Shown here: positions 62,553 through 64,000 of the stretch, one piece after another | Layout: each line of letters starts with the position of its first letter | How positions within the stretch are numbered: position 1 is the stretch's first letter | Assembly: GCA_965203315.1 (NCBI GenBank) | Contig: OZ241857.1 | Coordinates: 256,001 to 320,000, forward strand | DNA: 64,000 nucleotides | Source: Nitrosopumilus sp. | GTDB lineage: Archaea > Thermoproteota > Nitrososphaeria > Nitrososphaerales > Nitrosopumilaceae | Direction: 5' to 3' | Translations under genes and position numbers: made by a program | The notes under the pieces: generated by a model | Seen by the model: only the letters and a program-made list of their open reading frames with translations | Databases searched by the model: none | Told to the model about the DNA's origin: nothing

Positions 62553-62819
62553 GGTTCTTTTAACTTATCGGGGGGGGGGGGGGGGGTGGGAGGTATTTGG
62601 AATTTGGGAGAGTTCGTGGAATTATACTCAGTAAAATCACCATGATAAAAAACTAAAAAATTACATAATTATGCTCCAAATATCGAAAATTTACATAATT
62701 CAAGATGAATTGTTTAATAATATGTAATTTTTTGTGAATCGTTTGTGAGATTGCCACCGACAGCAAATTTCCAAGAGATCTCCTAAATTTCAAATACCCC
62801 CCGACAAGTTAAAAGAACC
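62553..62819. mobile_element. MITE family C copy (267 bp, internal G17)
   Basis: TIRs GGTTCTTTTAACTT(A/G)TCGGGGGG; perfect 8-bp TSD CAACGATG. Confidence 0.92.
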
Positions 62820-62870
62820 CAACGATGTATTGTACCAACTTATTTTTGGCGGCATATGAAGCCATACTGA

Positions 62871-63744
62871 TCATGTGTTTGCTATCACATCAATGTGAAA
62901 ATGACCCTGTGATTCATTTGTGTTAAAGTTCACTCGAAATTTATTCGAATCTTGGTTTGGAATATTTGAGATGACCATTTTGATCAATTCAATACAGTGA
63001 TGACTCTCTGCAGCAATCAGATCATTGAACGTATTTGTATGTCTCTTTGGTAAAATCTGTATGTGTGTTGGGGAGATAGGAACTCGAGCAGGTACAGCTA
63101 TTGCAAGTTCTAGGGAAGTGACGGTGTTTATTGGATTACAAAACATACACCCATTCTTTCTATATTTCAACATTTTTTTATGTTTTACAAAATCAGTTTT
63201 GTCCCGATTATTCTTCTCTGCGTTACATTTGCGACACAATGCTTGAAGATTTTCTAAATTATTACCACCCCCCCAAACTTACAGGGAGTATGTGATCGAT
63301 CTCTAGTGGGCTTGTAGTGCCACACAACGCACATACCCCATTTGTTTTCTTTAACACTTCAAATCTGAGAGGTCCTGGTATCGGAATTCTTGTGGTCTTT
63401 ACTCCGTATCGATTTTGATATTTGTCTACGTATTCATCCCGTCTCAATTCACACATTGTGATTAGTTTCGTTCTCTGTTCTTCTGTAATGTCATCTAAAA
63501 GTAAAGTAAATCTCTTATTTTCGTATTTTATTATTTTGTGTCTCTTTAGGGTTATTTTTGGCCAAGTTAGAACTCTTCCCTTGTAGTACTCTAATAGCGA
63601 ATCATCATTGTTCAAAAATACTCGAGCAATCTCTTCTGCTGTTGCTGTGTTATTTGACTCTAAGAGCTTTTTGATCATTACTGGTTGATATATGTGTCTC
63701 ATCTTCATCTCTTTTATAAAGCGTAATAATGTTTGATAGTCCAC
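62871..63744 (-). pseudogene. HNH endonuclease::HIT-domain fusion, frameshifted in a G7 run
   Basis: HIYQPVM; CALCG...EIDHILP; G6 instead of G7 joins to NNLENLQALCRKCN; GCMFC...ILPKRH...HFHID. Confidence 0.8.
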
Positions 63745-64000
63745 AGAATCGCTAACTAGTGCTTATACTTAAAATTTGAAATTATACCTTGACGCATATG
63801 TAAAGATCTAGGGAGTGTTTTTATCTTGTCACTAGTATTGAGACTTTTTTTATAACCATCATTCACGACAAGCAAACAATAACTATCTGACAAACCTCCA
63901 AACCTGATTGTATATTTGCCAACTCTGGTTCTACAAGCCACCAATCTTCATGTCTTAGCGTACCATTACAACATTAATTTCAACAACACACCCAACGTTT

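Overview
Low-GC archaeal chromosome segment from an ammonia-oxidising thaumarchaeon (Nitrosopumilaceae-like, judged from the 16S/23S sequence and gene content). Core content: phosphate uptake locus (pstS 3' end, PhoU-type regulator, pstCAB, phoU), mtnA, biotin genes (bioA, bioD, bioB, bioF), arsC plus MIP channel, cbtB/cbtA, and a 16S-23S rRNA operon with no ITS tRNA. Mobile DNA is dense: ISH3-like (2 full-length, 1 relic), IS5/ISL2-like (2 near-identical), IS66, IS110/IS1111-like, IS481, and IS1595, IS5 and IS6-like relics. At least four non-coding MITE families are present. I could read TIRs for most elements and TSDs for several. Accessory genes are mostly defence- or TA-like: three paralogous YwgA/Panacea-like::UPF0175 + PIN operons, a DUF6036-type NTase pair, a ThaI-family R-M pair, Fic, an HNH-HIT fusion and a triple DUF5655-like protein. 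Two very large secreted proteins (an S8 protease and an IS-split, S-layer-derived chimera) share two Cys-containing modules that I do not recognise. Other oddities are a 115-bp non-coding tandem array, an extra hairpin in 16S helix 26 and long homopolymer tracts at surface-related genes. IS expansion, pseudogenes and long spacers suggest a host-associated lineage (inference). All family assignments come from recalled motifs, not database searches.
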